From: Octopus vulgaris
Lineage: Eukaryota
DNA length: 64,000 bases
Reading direction: 5' to 3'
NCBI GenBank assembly: GCA_951406725.2
Contig: OX597824.1
Span: 13,020,001 to 13,084,000, forward strand
Below the pieces are notes generated by a model. That model was not told the origin of the DNA, searched no databases, and saw only the letters and a program-made list of their open reading frames with translations. Positions 52,852 to 64,000 of the stretch are shown piece after piece (the stretch's first letter is position 1; every line of letters starts with the position of its first letter). A program made the position numbers and the translations under genes.

Positions 52852-53904
52852 CATACATACATACATACATACACACACACATACATACATACATACATAC
52901 ATGCTTACATACATACATACATACATACATACTACATACATACATACATACATACATACATAAATACATACATACATACATACATACATAAATACATACA
53001 TACATACATACATACACACATACACATACATACATACATACATACATACGTACATACATACCTACATACATACCTACATACATACATACATACATACATA
53101 CATACATACACAGATGCATACACACATACATACATACATACATACATACATACATACATACATACATTCATACATACATACATACATACATACATACATA
53201 CATACATCATACATACATACATACATACATACATACATACATACATACATACATACATAAATACATACATACATACATACATACATACATACCTACCTAC
53301 ATACATACATACATACACAGATGCATACACACATACATACATACACACATACACATACATACATACATACATACATACATACGTACGTACATACATACAT
53401 ACATACATACGTACATACATACGTACATACATACATACACAAATATATATATATGCGTACATACATACATACATACATGCATACATACATACATACATAC
53501 ATACATACATACATACATGCATGCATACATACATACATACATGCATGCATGCATGCGTACATACATACATACATACATACGTACATACATACGTACATAC
53601 ATACATACACAAATATATATATGCGTACATACATACATACATACGTACGTACATACATACATACATACATACATGCATGCATACATACATACATACATAT
53701 ATACATGCATGCATGCATACATACATACATACATACATGCATGCATGCATACATACATACATACATACATACATACATACATACATACATACATACATGC
53801 ATGCATACATACATACATACATACATACATACATACATGCATACATACATACATACATACATACATACATACATACATACATACATACATACATACATAC
53901 ATAC
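52728..53904. repeat. (CATA)n microsatellite of about 1.2 kb
   Basis: Direct reading. Confidence 0.97.
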
Positions 53905-55064
53905 TAGAATGTGTGTGTTTTTTTGTGGTGGGTTTAGAGGTAGATACACTTAATTTAGCGTGAGTGTAATCTACGGTTGCATTTTAGCAGAATTGCAGCT
54001 TGATTCAGCTACACATATCTCATTATTAATGTATCCAAATAACACAATTTAACCAAACGGAATTTCAATTTTAGGAAAGTAACAAATGTTGGAAAAAATT
54101 CAACACACACACATGCACACACACATACACCTACATACATACCTACAGACACATATACATGCACACACGTGCGCACGCAGAACTTCGACCGTAGAAAATG
54201 AAAACGATTAATAATTTTGCGGCAAATAAGTCAAGCGAGACGAATTGATCCTGTGGAGTGACAATCTGTTTTGTGAAAATTGCCCTTAGTTGACCACCTG
54301 ATGCTTCAATAGAATAATTGCTACAAATTCATCTGCCACATTGGAAGCAAGAAATGATTATGCAGTGGATTTAAATTAATTTTCCTCTAATTAGGCTTTC
54401 GTTGTGATGTGATGGCTACTGGAGTTTAAATTCTATCAGAAATTTTCTAAATTTAATTTCGTCAGGTTCAGTTAACGAGTTTTACTTGTATTAAAAGTAC
54501 TACGAGAGTTCACATTCCAAATTCAGATTTAACGGCGGTGCCGCAGCAATGCCACAGTATTCGACTGAAAGCAATAATATAATAATTATAATTAATATGA
54601 TTCACATCAAATAGTTTCGTTTTCCAGCAAAACAATTCCGCCTTTTCATTTTTATTCTCATTCGTTTACATTTCAACCATGTACAATTTCAGAGATCGTA
54701 TGTGGTCGTATAGAGTAGATAAAGGCCCATCATTGCAAAGTATACATTGGTCATCTTCATTATTAAACATTTCCTGGAAAGATAGTAACGAAATCTTTTA
54801 CTTATTTCAGTCATTGAGCTGCGGCCTTGCTGGGATACTTTCAAATGTTTAGTCAAAAAGTTAAAAAAAAAAAAAAAAAAAAATCATTGATCGCAGTACA
54901 TATTACTAATTCTATCGGTCTGTTTTGCCGGACAACAAGGTTACTAAGCAAGCAAATTAACATCGGTTGTCAAGTAGCGAGCGGAACGAACACACATACA
55001 TGTGCACTCACAATGCACGAAAGTCTCGGACCTTGACTCACTCTTTTACTTCTGCTAAATATTA

Positions 55065-55135
<71 letters not shown>

Positions 55136-55171
55136 TAACCAAGAAAAAAAGCAACAAGAATGGAATAGTAG

Positions 55172-55260
55172 TTTAGTACAATTGTTTCATGCCAAGAACA
55201 ATTTTATTTAAAGCTGCAAGTATTGCAGCAAATACAAATGTCCAGTATTCATCAGCTAAA
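55172..55260 (-). ncRNA. Type I hammerhead ribozyme, intact core
   Basis: TTTAG-CTGATGA-[long stem II with GCTGCAA/TTGCAGC tip]-GAAA-CAATTG-TA/CTAAA; lies in a ~245-bp block between (TA)n tracts. Confidence 0.82.
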
Positions 55261-55386
55261 TCACATATATGTTTTCCAGACATCCTAGAGAGTGTGACTA
55301 TCCTCATGAAGTATTAGGAGTGAGTTCTATGAAATTAAAAGTCAAATTATAAGCAGACTCAATTATAAGCAGATTATATATATATA

Positions 55387-55761
55387 CACTACCGTCAGAA
55401 ATTAATTAGCACCCTTGATTTGCTCTTCACTCAAGGTATGTGCTGTCACCTAGTGGCCATATCTCGAACTATTGCTTTGTTGCGAGTTCACTGTTGCGCA
55501 GAACGATGACGTAACTTTGTTTGCAGAGCAGTTTGAGAGTCTACAGCCTTATGATGTTGACATAGCAGTGCAACAACAAATTGGAGTGCGGATGCAGACA
55601 AATCTTCCTTTGTTTAATATATATAGGTAGCGCCTCGCAAGGACCGAAATCACACCATACTGTTTTCTCATCGCGTAAGACGTTTTGAACAGCTCATAGG
55701 GTAATTGATTTAACCTATTTAATGTAGAAATTTGAGAAGTGCTAATTAATTTCTGACGCAA

Positions 55762-55764
<3 letters not shown>
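55387..55764. mobile_element. Tc1/mariner-type MITE
   Basis: 26-bp TIR CACT(AC/TG)CGTCAGAAATTAATTAGCAC with TA flanks. Confidence 0.85.
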
Positions 55765-55801
<37 letters not shown>

Positions 55802-55904
55802 ATAATACAGTGAGTAATTCAGTTCAGTACCACTAAATTGAACTTCTCTCCTCTGTGGACTCGGAAATCACTTCTCTAATATTAATATTAATACACACAC
55901 GCAC

Positions 55905-55997
<93 letters not shown>

Positions 55998-56670
55998 CGT
56001 TCGCCAGGCTTCCACTCAGTTTCCGTCTATCAAATCCACTCAAAAGGCATTGGTCAAACTGAGTCTATGGTAGAAAACACTTGTCCGCGGTGCCGCGCAG
56101 TGGGACAGAAATCGAAACCACATGGTTATAAAGTGAGTTTCCTTACCACACAGCTACGTCTGCGTCTACAATGGAAACGAGAAACAAAAAAACAAAACGA
56201 AACGAAAAAAATCAATTTATCAAAATAACTTTTACAGATAGATCGAAATATAAATAAAAAAAAAAACAAAAAATACAGGGAAATAATTTTAGATTAAATC
56301 ACTTACCTGACCCCCAACTATTTTTTCTTAAAGCATATATAAGAAGGAAATAAAAATTATTGAAATAACTTTGTAGCATTTATAAGAAAGCCTGAGATAA
56401 ATATATAAGTAAAGTAAGTAATAATAGTAAAGTCACCGAGATACGGAAAGCAAAAGAAAGCATTAATGGAATAACTTTTAAGCTTCAACAAGAAAGCTGA
56501 AAATAAAGGACATCCCGGTGTTAAAATTCCGAGACAGAACATTTTTACAATGGAAAATATGTCCGATTTCTTTGAGACTGCATTATGAAAAATCAAAAAC
56601 TGAAGAAGAAAAAGTTTTGATGGAACATTGTTTCAGAGAGACGAAGGCTAAAGAATAAAGTTTTGGCTTT

Positions 56671-57053
56671 GGAAGCACTCCGTCGATTACGACGACGAGG
56701 GTTCCGGTTGATCCGATCAACGGAACAGCCTGCTCGTGAAATTAACGTGTAAGTGGCTGAGCACTCCACAGACACGTGTACCCTTAACGTAGTTCTCGGG
56801 GATATTCAGCGTGACACAGAGAGTGACAAGGCCGGCCCTTTGAAATACAGGTACAACAGAAACAGAAAGTAAGAGTGAGAGAAAGTTGTGGTGAAAGAGT
56901 ACAGCAGGGACCACCACCATACCCTGACGGAGCCTCGTGGAGCTTTAGGTGTTTTCGCTCAATAAACACTCACAACGCCCGGTCTGGGAATCGAAACCGC
57001 GATCCTACGACCGCGAGTCCTCTGCCCTAACCACTAGGCCATTGCGCCTCCAC
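56671..57053 (-). mobile_element. SINE family B
   Basis: Full B sequence; imperfect TSD TTTGG(G)CTTT. Confidence 0.92.
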
Positions 57054-57086
57054 TTTGGGCTTTAGGATTAACTGTTAGGGTTAGTG

Positions 57087-57241
57087 CAGGGCCATTCTAA
57101 GAAAACTATAGGCCCCGTGCAAGGCAAAGCACAGTGTCCCCGTACACATATTACAACAACATATATAGTTTAGCATTAGGACCCTAGGCCTGTAGAGCTC
57201 AAGTCAACTGTCCACTGTGCCCTTTCCTTAGGACGGTACTG
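57087..57241. mobile_element. hAT-type MITE
   Basis: Imperfect 15-bp TIR CAG..CC.T.CTAAG (11/15); 8-bp TSD (G/A)GTTAGTG. Confidence 0.65.
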
Positions 57242-57491
57242 AGTTAGTGTTAGTGTTTAGGGTTTAGGATTAAGGTAAAGGTAAGATTCAAGGTGAAGGT
57301 AATGACTATGTTGATGAAATTTAATAATTTTTTCAAATTACTTCATAAAATATTTTCTATTTCAAATTATTATTTTCTATTTCAAATAATATTGCATGTG
57401 TTTAGTGATGCGCTGTCTGCTTTCATAAATGCCCGTCGTTTTCAAAAGCGTTTCAACTGACTGTGACCCATTTCATTAATATTTTAGTATT

Positions 57492-57864
57492 CTTTTCTAC
57501 TTTTGGCACAAGGTCCGAAATTTTGTGGGGAGGGGGCTATTAGATTAGATTTAGATCGACCCCGAAAGGATGAAGGACAAAGTCAACCTCAGCGGAATTT
57601 GAACTCAGAACGTAAAGACACACGAAATACCTATTTCTTTACAACCCACAAGGGGCTAAACACAGAGAGGACAAACAAGGACAGACAAACGGATTACGTT
57701 GATTATATCGACCCCAGTGTGTAACTGGTACTTACTTTATCGACCACCAAAGGATGAAAGGCAAAGTCGACCTCGGCGGAATTTGAACTCAGAACATAGC
57801 GGCAGACGAAATACTGCTAAGCATTTCGCCCGGCGTGCTAACGTTTCTGCCAGCTCGCCGCCTT
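57492..57864 (-). mobile_element. Family-A SINE dimer (young unit + terminal old unit)
   Basis: 17-bp TSD ATTAATATTTTAGTATT at 57475-57491 and 57865-57881. Confidence 0.9.
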
Positions 57865-58054
57865 ATTAATATTTTAGTATTAAAGCAGTGAACATGCCGT
57901 ATCGTCAGAGCGTCGAACAAAATGCCTAGCGGGAATTTCTTCTGGTTCTTTATGTTCTGAGTTTAAATGCTGTTGAGAATCAACTTTGCCTTTCATTCTT
58001 TCGGAGTCAATAAAATGAGTACCTGTCGATCACAGGGGATGGAAGTAATCGATT

Positions 58055-58112
<58 letters not shown>

Positions 58113-59117
58113 AGTTCAGACTTGTATCTATGCAAAAAAGGATTATTATTAAGACGGTTAGCTAGCAGAACCGTTAGAGCGTCGGACAAAATGCTTAGCG
58201 GTATTTCTTTTGGCTCTTGAAGTCCTTTAAATTCCGTCGAATTCGACTCTGTCTTTTATCCTTTCGAGATCGATGAAATAAGTACGAGCCGAGTAATCGA
58301 CTAGCCCCACCCCTACACCCCAACCACCAAATCTCAAGCCTTGTATCCATAGTAGAAAAGGATTATTATTATTTTGGGAAAAATGCAGAACAAAGGTTTT
58401 TCACCCACCATCCCGGGAACTTAATATTCTCGTTATTTATTAAATAATGCATATCTCTGCATTCACAAAGGAATCGACCGACTTTTTTTTCCCATATCGA
58501 AAATTTTCTGCTTGGGAATCAAAACTTGGGGATATCTGAAATAAATTAACAATGAAATAGCTTTCTGTAAATGGAAAGGAAAATCGTAATGAAGTAAATT
58601 TGAAACGCCGCAAATTATAGAAAAAGTCAAATGTGAAATAACTTTGATTTCACATTGAAATTATAATTATTATCCGGAGATAAAAATTTAATTGCTATAA
58701 TCTGAAGATATAATTATAATTGCTTTAAAATGTAAACACAGTGAAAGACAATGCAAATTCCACCAGCGGGTGAAAGTGAGAGAGAAGTAAATCTAGGTTT
58801 TAAGATGAAGAGAGAAAACTGGGAGAAAGTGATTCGGTGAGTGAGAGCTGTAGAAAGGGGTTTTGAGCAAAGATGGCATTTTTTTTTTAATTAAATGCAT
58901 CAAAATTAGAATTTACTTCTTTAGATGGTAGTAAAATATTGGTTTCAAATTTTGGCACAAGGCTAGCAATTTCTGAAGAGGAGTAAGTTGATTACACTGA
59001 CCTCAATGTTCAACTCGTACTTGTTTTATCGACCCTGAAACGATGAAAGGTAAATTCAACTTCGGCGGAATTTGAATGAAGATAATTCCAGAATATTTTC
59101 AGAATTTTGATTACATA

Positions 59118-59525
59118 TACTCTTTTACTCTTTTACTTGTTTCAGTCATTTGACTGTGGCCAAGCTGGAGCACCGCTTTTAGTCGAGCATATCGATCCCA
59201 GGACTTATTCTTTGTAAGCCTAGTACTTATTCTATCGGTCTCTTTTGCCGAACCCCTAAGTTACGGGGACGTAAACACACCAGCATCGGTTATCAAACGA
59301 TGTTGGGAGGGCAAGCATAGACACACAAACATATACACACACAAACATATATACATATATGCGACGGGCTTCTTTCAGTTTCCGTCTACCAAATCCACTC
59401 ACAAGGCTTTGGTCGGCCCGAGGCTATAGTAGAAGACACTTGCCCAAGGTGCCCCGCAGTGGGGCTGAACAAGTGGTAAGTAGCTTGTAAGCAAGCTACT
59501 TACCACACAGCCACTCCTACGCCTA
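59118..59525 (-). mobile_element. SINE family C, full-length
   Basis: Full C sequence. Confidence 0.92.
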
Positions 59526-59605
59526 TCTTATTGACAATATTGACAATAATTGTTTCAAATATACGTACAAAGCTAGCAATACTCAAAGAAGCAAGCATTC
59601 TAAAA

Positions 59606-59928
59606 AGACTCCGCCGGTTACGACGACGAGGGTCCCAGCTGATACGATCAACGGAACAGCTTGCTCGTGAAATTAACGTGCAAATGGCTGAGCATTCCAC
59701 AGACACGTGCACCCTTAACGTAGTTCTCGGGGATAATCAGCGTGACACAGGAGAGTGACAAGGCTGACCCTTTGAAATACAAGTACAACTCATTTTTGCC
59801 AGCTGAGTGGACTGGAGCAACGTGAAATAAAGTGTCTTGCTCAAGGACACAACGCGTCGCCGGGAATCGAACTCACAACCTTACGATCATGAGCCGAATG
59901 CCCTAACCACTAAGCCACGCGCCCTCAC
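59606..59928 (-). mobile_element. Chimeric SINE: family-D head/body + family-B tail
   Basis: TSD AAGAAGCAAGCAT at 59586-59598 and 59930-59942. Confidence 0.87.
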
Positions 59929-60168
59929 CAAGAAGCAAGCATACGCAGATACGGTATATCTAACACAATGGTTTTCAACATTTTCTATTTTAAACACAAT
60001 GTGTTTTAGCGTAAGTAAAAGCATTTGCCACATTTTGTTCCTGAGGTTTAAAATGTTACTGAAGCAGGTATGGCTGTGGGGTTAAAGATTTACTTTCCAA
60101 TGGGATTTGCTTTGGGATCCAGTCCCGCCTCACAGCAACTTTAACAAATGTCTTGTAGTATAGCGCTG

Positions 60169-60815
60169 GGATCTTTTCAGTTTGAACGGCAGTTTTTTTC
60201 TAGCGGTGTCATATGAAATTGTCTCCCATAATTATGACCCTAGTATCGATCTATTGCATTTCAATCTGTTTTAGGGTTAGGGGTGGGGGGAAGGGTATCT
60301 TTTTTTTCCTTCAGAAACGTAAATAAACCCAATCTGTTTCTTAAATATTCATACGGCACAGAATGCTTTTTAACTCAATAGACGTATTTGATTGGTTGAA
60401 ATTGCAGAAATTGAAGAATAAAAAACAACAAATATCTTACAAACTATAGAATTTTCTCAATAAAGCCAAGAGAAAAAGATGTTTTATAAACATATTCTAC
60501 CAGTATACGAAGTTTAAAAGTGTTTAGTTACGTGGAAATTATTTTAAGAAACTGCCGTTCAAACCTATTTGTTTACTACCCACAAGGGGCTAAACACAGA
60601 GAGGACAAACAAGGACAGACAAATGGATTAAGTCGATTATATCGACCCCAGTGTGTAACTGGTACTTATTTAATCGACCCCGAAAGGATGAAAGGCAAAG
60701 TCGACCTCGGCGGAATTTGAACTCAGAACGTAGCGGCAGACGAAATACCGCAAAGCATTTCGCCCAGCATGCTAACATTTCTGCCAGCTCACTGCCGTTC
60801 AAACCGAAAAGATCC
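60169..60815. mobile_element. Non-autonomous DNA transposon with GG-initiated ~27-bp TIR and 8-bp TSD; SINE A (60566-60790, -) inserted in its right TIR
   Basis: GGATCTTTTC(A/G)GTTTGAACGGCAGTTT TIR; TSD TAGCGCTG at 60161-60168 and 60816-60823; SINE TSD ACTGCCGTTCAAACC at 60551-60565 and 60791-60805. Confidence 0.87.
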
Positions 60816-61020
60816 TAGCGCTGGACTGGACAATGTGTTGTAATTGAATTTAGGAGACAAAAACTGTGCGGTAGAACACAATGCACCGCCTGGCTTAGGA
60901 TTCGAAACCACGATTTTCCGACCGCGAGTGCGACATCTTAGCCTTCCCCTCAAAATTGCTCGCGTTGTACGCAAAGTAGGAACCGTAATTTTTTCCGACG
61001 TTCTTTCCTACATCTCACAG

Positions 61021-61500
61021 CACACTAGTATGCGGCGGCACACCAGTACGCGGCGGCGCACAAGTACGCGGCGGCGCACCAGTACGCGGCGGCGCACCAG
61101 TACGCGGCGGCGAACCAGTATGCGGCGGCGCACCAGTACGCGGTGGTACATCAGTATGCGGCGGTGCACCAGTACGCAGTGGCGCACCAGTACGCAGCGG
61201 CGCAACAGTACGCGGCGGCGCACCAGTACGCGGCGGTACACTAGTATGCGGCGGCGTACCAGTACGCGGTGGTACATCAGTATGCGGCAGCGCACCAGTA
61301 TGCGGCGGCACACTAGTACGCGGCGGCGCACCAGTACGCGGCGGCACACCAATACGCGGCGGCGCACCAGTACGCGGCGGCACACCAGTACGCGGCGGTA
61401 CACCAGTATGCGGCGGCGCACCAGTACGCGGTGGTACATCAGTATGCGGCGGCGCACTAGTATACGGCGGCGCACCAGTACGCGGCGGCGCACCAGTTTG
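61021..61500. repeat. 18-bp GC-rich minisatellite (CGCACCAGTACGCGGCGG), about 27 units
   Basis: Direct reading. Confidence 0.95.
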
Positions 61501-62004
61501 CGGAGACGCACCGTTTGAAAACCATTGGTGTGAAGGAAACGAAGAAACGAAATAATGCTAAGTTCATGCTTTTCACAAGTAAATCATAAAAACGTATGTA
61601 AAATGAACTGATGTTAACTAAGAATCGATTCTCAACGAACTTATACTCCCCACCTACGGCATTCTTCGGAGAATTCCTTACTACCACACTAGCTTCATCA
61701 AAAGACGCTACTACCACCGCTGCTGCCGCCACAACCACCACCGCTGCCGCCACAACCACCGCCATGAAGAACCCCTTCTCGCTTCAACTTTACGACCTCC
61801 ACGACTAAAACCAAAACAGTCAACATTGCTAACGTTAATATTCCCTACATCACTATCATCATAATAATCACACACACACACACACACATATATGTATGTA
61901 TATCAAGTATGAAACTCGATCAAAGGGGGTTTTTACATCTGAGATAGAATGAAAGGAAAATATAAAAACGGAAAGAAAGGAAGAAAGGAAGGAAGAAAGA
62001 AAGA

Positions 62005-62382
62005 AAGAAGAAGAATAAGAAGAAAAAGAAGAAGAAAAAGAAGAAGGCGGAGGAGAAGAAAAAGAAGAAGAAGAAGAAGAAGAAGGTGATGAAGAAGAAG
62101 AAGAAGAAAACTGAAGAAGAAGAAGACTGAAGAAGAAGAAGAAGACTGAAGAAGAAGAAGAAGAAGAAGAAAAAGAAGGTGATGAAGAAGAAGAAGAAGA
62201 AGGTGATGAAGAAGAAGAAGAAGAAGAAGAAGAAGAAGGTGAAGAAGAAGAAGAAGAAGAAGAAGAAGAAGAAGAAGAAGAAGAAGAAGAAGAAGAAGAA
62301 GAAGGTGATGAAGAAGAAGAAGAAGAAGAAGAAGAAGAAGAAGAAGAAGAAGAAGAAGAAGAAGAAGAAGAAGAAGAAGAAA
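62005..62382. repeat. (GAA)n microsatellite
   Basis: Direct reading. Confidence 0.97.
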
Positions 62383-62664
62383 TAATCCAACAGAGGTTAA
62401 CTGAAATTCTTCATTTTTTGGGGGTGGGGTGGGGGGGAATATTCTAGTGCTGTCGCCGTGTGATGTCTGTTGTGCAGTTAATCTGAGTTATGGTACCGCA
62501 AGGAATATCTGGCTGATCTATAGATTCTTAAAAATATAATTTAATGCTTTTTTTTAAAAAAAAACATATACTAATATCTCTTGAAAAACATGTTATTCAT
62601 AATTTCGTGTTTGATTAAAACAAGTATGATTAATACAACGTAAATAACAGTTTCCTGTAAACAT

Positions 62665-62699
<35 letters not shown>

Positions 62700-62707
62700 C
62701 ACACACA

Positions 62708-62771
<64 letters not shown>

Positions 62772-64000
62772 TAAACACACACACCCATATATATACATAT
62801 ATATATCCCTGAATTTTCAACTTTTAGTTCTTTTGTAAAACTTACCATGTGAAGTGCGCCAATAAATTTTTATTTGATCTCCGGTGCGTCTGTGGTTTTA
62901 TTTTATTTGATCTTCAGGTTGCCTCGGAGTCAACAGCAAAAAAAATTTAAAATCATGAGATGTTCTATATAATTGAACATATTACTTCTGACATTCGGCT
63001 GTAGTGTAATTAGAATTAGTTATAATGTTATAAAGTTAGAACTTAACGACAGAGCTTTCAATTAAGGAAAAAGTGAAATACATTTAGAAAATTGCAGCGG
63101 AAAGCGAAAACTCTGGCGCAATTAGATCACGAAAAAATAGAAAAAGATACAGAAAAGGAAGTCTAAAAAAAGGAAAAAAAAAATGTTATATTCACTTTAT
63201 GTTTATTTCGTGATGTCTGGCGGTGTTTTCGTTGCACTGTTACAATCTGCTCGTAGACATGATTCAACTCTTACTGGTTGAAAGTGAGTTTCTGATGAGT
63301 TTTTCTAGGTTTTGGGGTCATTCTTGCTTTACCGACCTTACAGACATAATGCACTGCTTACAGAGTTGTTGTTTCGCCTCTTCAATTCCGTCGTGGAACA
63401 TCATTACCATTCCAACTTTTTTCTGTTTTCCTTTTTTCCTTTCACATTTCTTTTTACTCGTTCTTTTTTGGTCATGATGTTTACTCGTCAATACCTGCGG
63501 GAATGATATGAACGAGGAGGAGATTCCAAAGGATCGATGCTTTGGTCGTGGAAGACTGACTACAGCGAGTGAAAGGGAGTTCGACGCATCAAGGGCACCG
63601 CGAGTGGGGAGGTAAATTGGTCGGAGGCCAACTTGGCGGAGAGGCCATTATAATAGCGATAGAAATTATAAACAAATGAGACAGCACACATATGGTCAAG
63701 AAGTAGTAATGTGTCCATTAGTGATGGAGTACCAAACAGCCGAGTACTCCTTCTCTGGAACCGAACCAGGACGTCAGAGTATTTGGCAACGTTACCATCC
63801 CAGTTGTGAGAGCATTATTTCACTCTCGACCACATTCAAGCCTAGGATTCTATCAGCAGCTGTTAAGCGTTGAACTATCATCTGGCCCTAAAGAGAAGAG
63901 CTAGTCTTTGAGCTGCGTTTCTAAGGATGTGCTTTCACTAGGGTAGATCATATGGACGGTGAACAGTGAGATTGAAAGCATTCTCGCTGTTCAGCGTACA

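Larger units (their letters stand above)
59966..61527. mobile_element. Probable hAT (Charlie-like) non-autonomous element with nested insertions and a subterminal minisatellite
   Basis: Perfect 13-bp TIR CAATGGTTTTCAA at 59966-59978 and 61515-61527; the 8-bp flanks do not match, so the TSD is unconfirmed. Confidence 0.55.

Noticed and set aside
57054-57300. Telomere-like TTAGGG words
   Set aside because: Short and degenerate, probably internal to a DNA element as at about 60270; not an interstitial telomere array.
60844-61518. Protamine-like Arg-rich gene
   Set aside because: Starts in a SINE fragment and runs through a minisatellite; no evidence of expression, so kept only as a repeat finding.
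63500-64000. Higher-GC complex sequence at the window end
   Set aside because: No recognisable peptide or repeat motif; it may be a transposon or exon continuing outside the window, but this cannot be supported.

Overview
AT-rich, repeat-saturated eukaryotic DNA with no recognisable host protein-coding exon, rRNA, intact tRNA or CRISPR array. Nearly all listed ORFs are translations of microsatellites or SINEs. The repeat content (tRNA-headed SINEs, very long (CATA)n/(TA)n/(TTA)n tracts) suggests an octopus or other coleoid genome; this is inference, not a database result. Contents: four abundant tRNA-derived SINE types (called A-D here), a decayed hAT (Buster/Charlie, GTF2IRD2-like) transposase at about 10.9-13.75 kb, a decayed BEL/Pao gag-protease at about 32.66-35.6 kb with an internal inverted duplication, RTE, L1/Tx1-like and R4/Dong-like LINE remnants, Penelope-like ends, several MITEs, an 896-bp tandem duplication and an 18-bp GC-rich minisatellite. 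Most interesting signals: (i) six type-I hammerhead ribozyme motifs with unrelated flanks, one capping a G·U-supported rod-like hairpin in a ~200-nt element; (ii) a candidate HDV-like ribozyme; (iii) family-A SINEs that repeatedly insert into a fixed site in their own head, building polarised arrays; (iv) combinatorial swapping of SINE body and tail modules, each chimera with its own target-site duplication (TSD).
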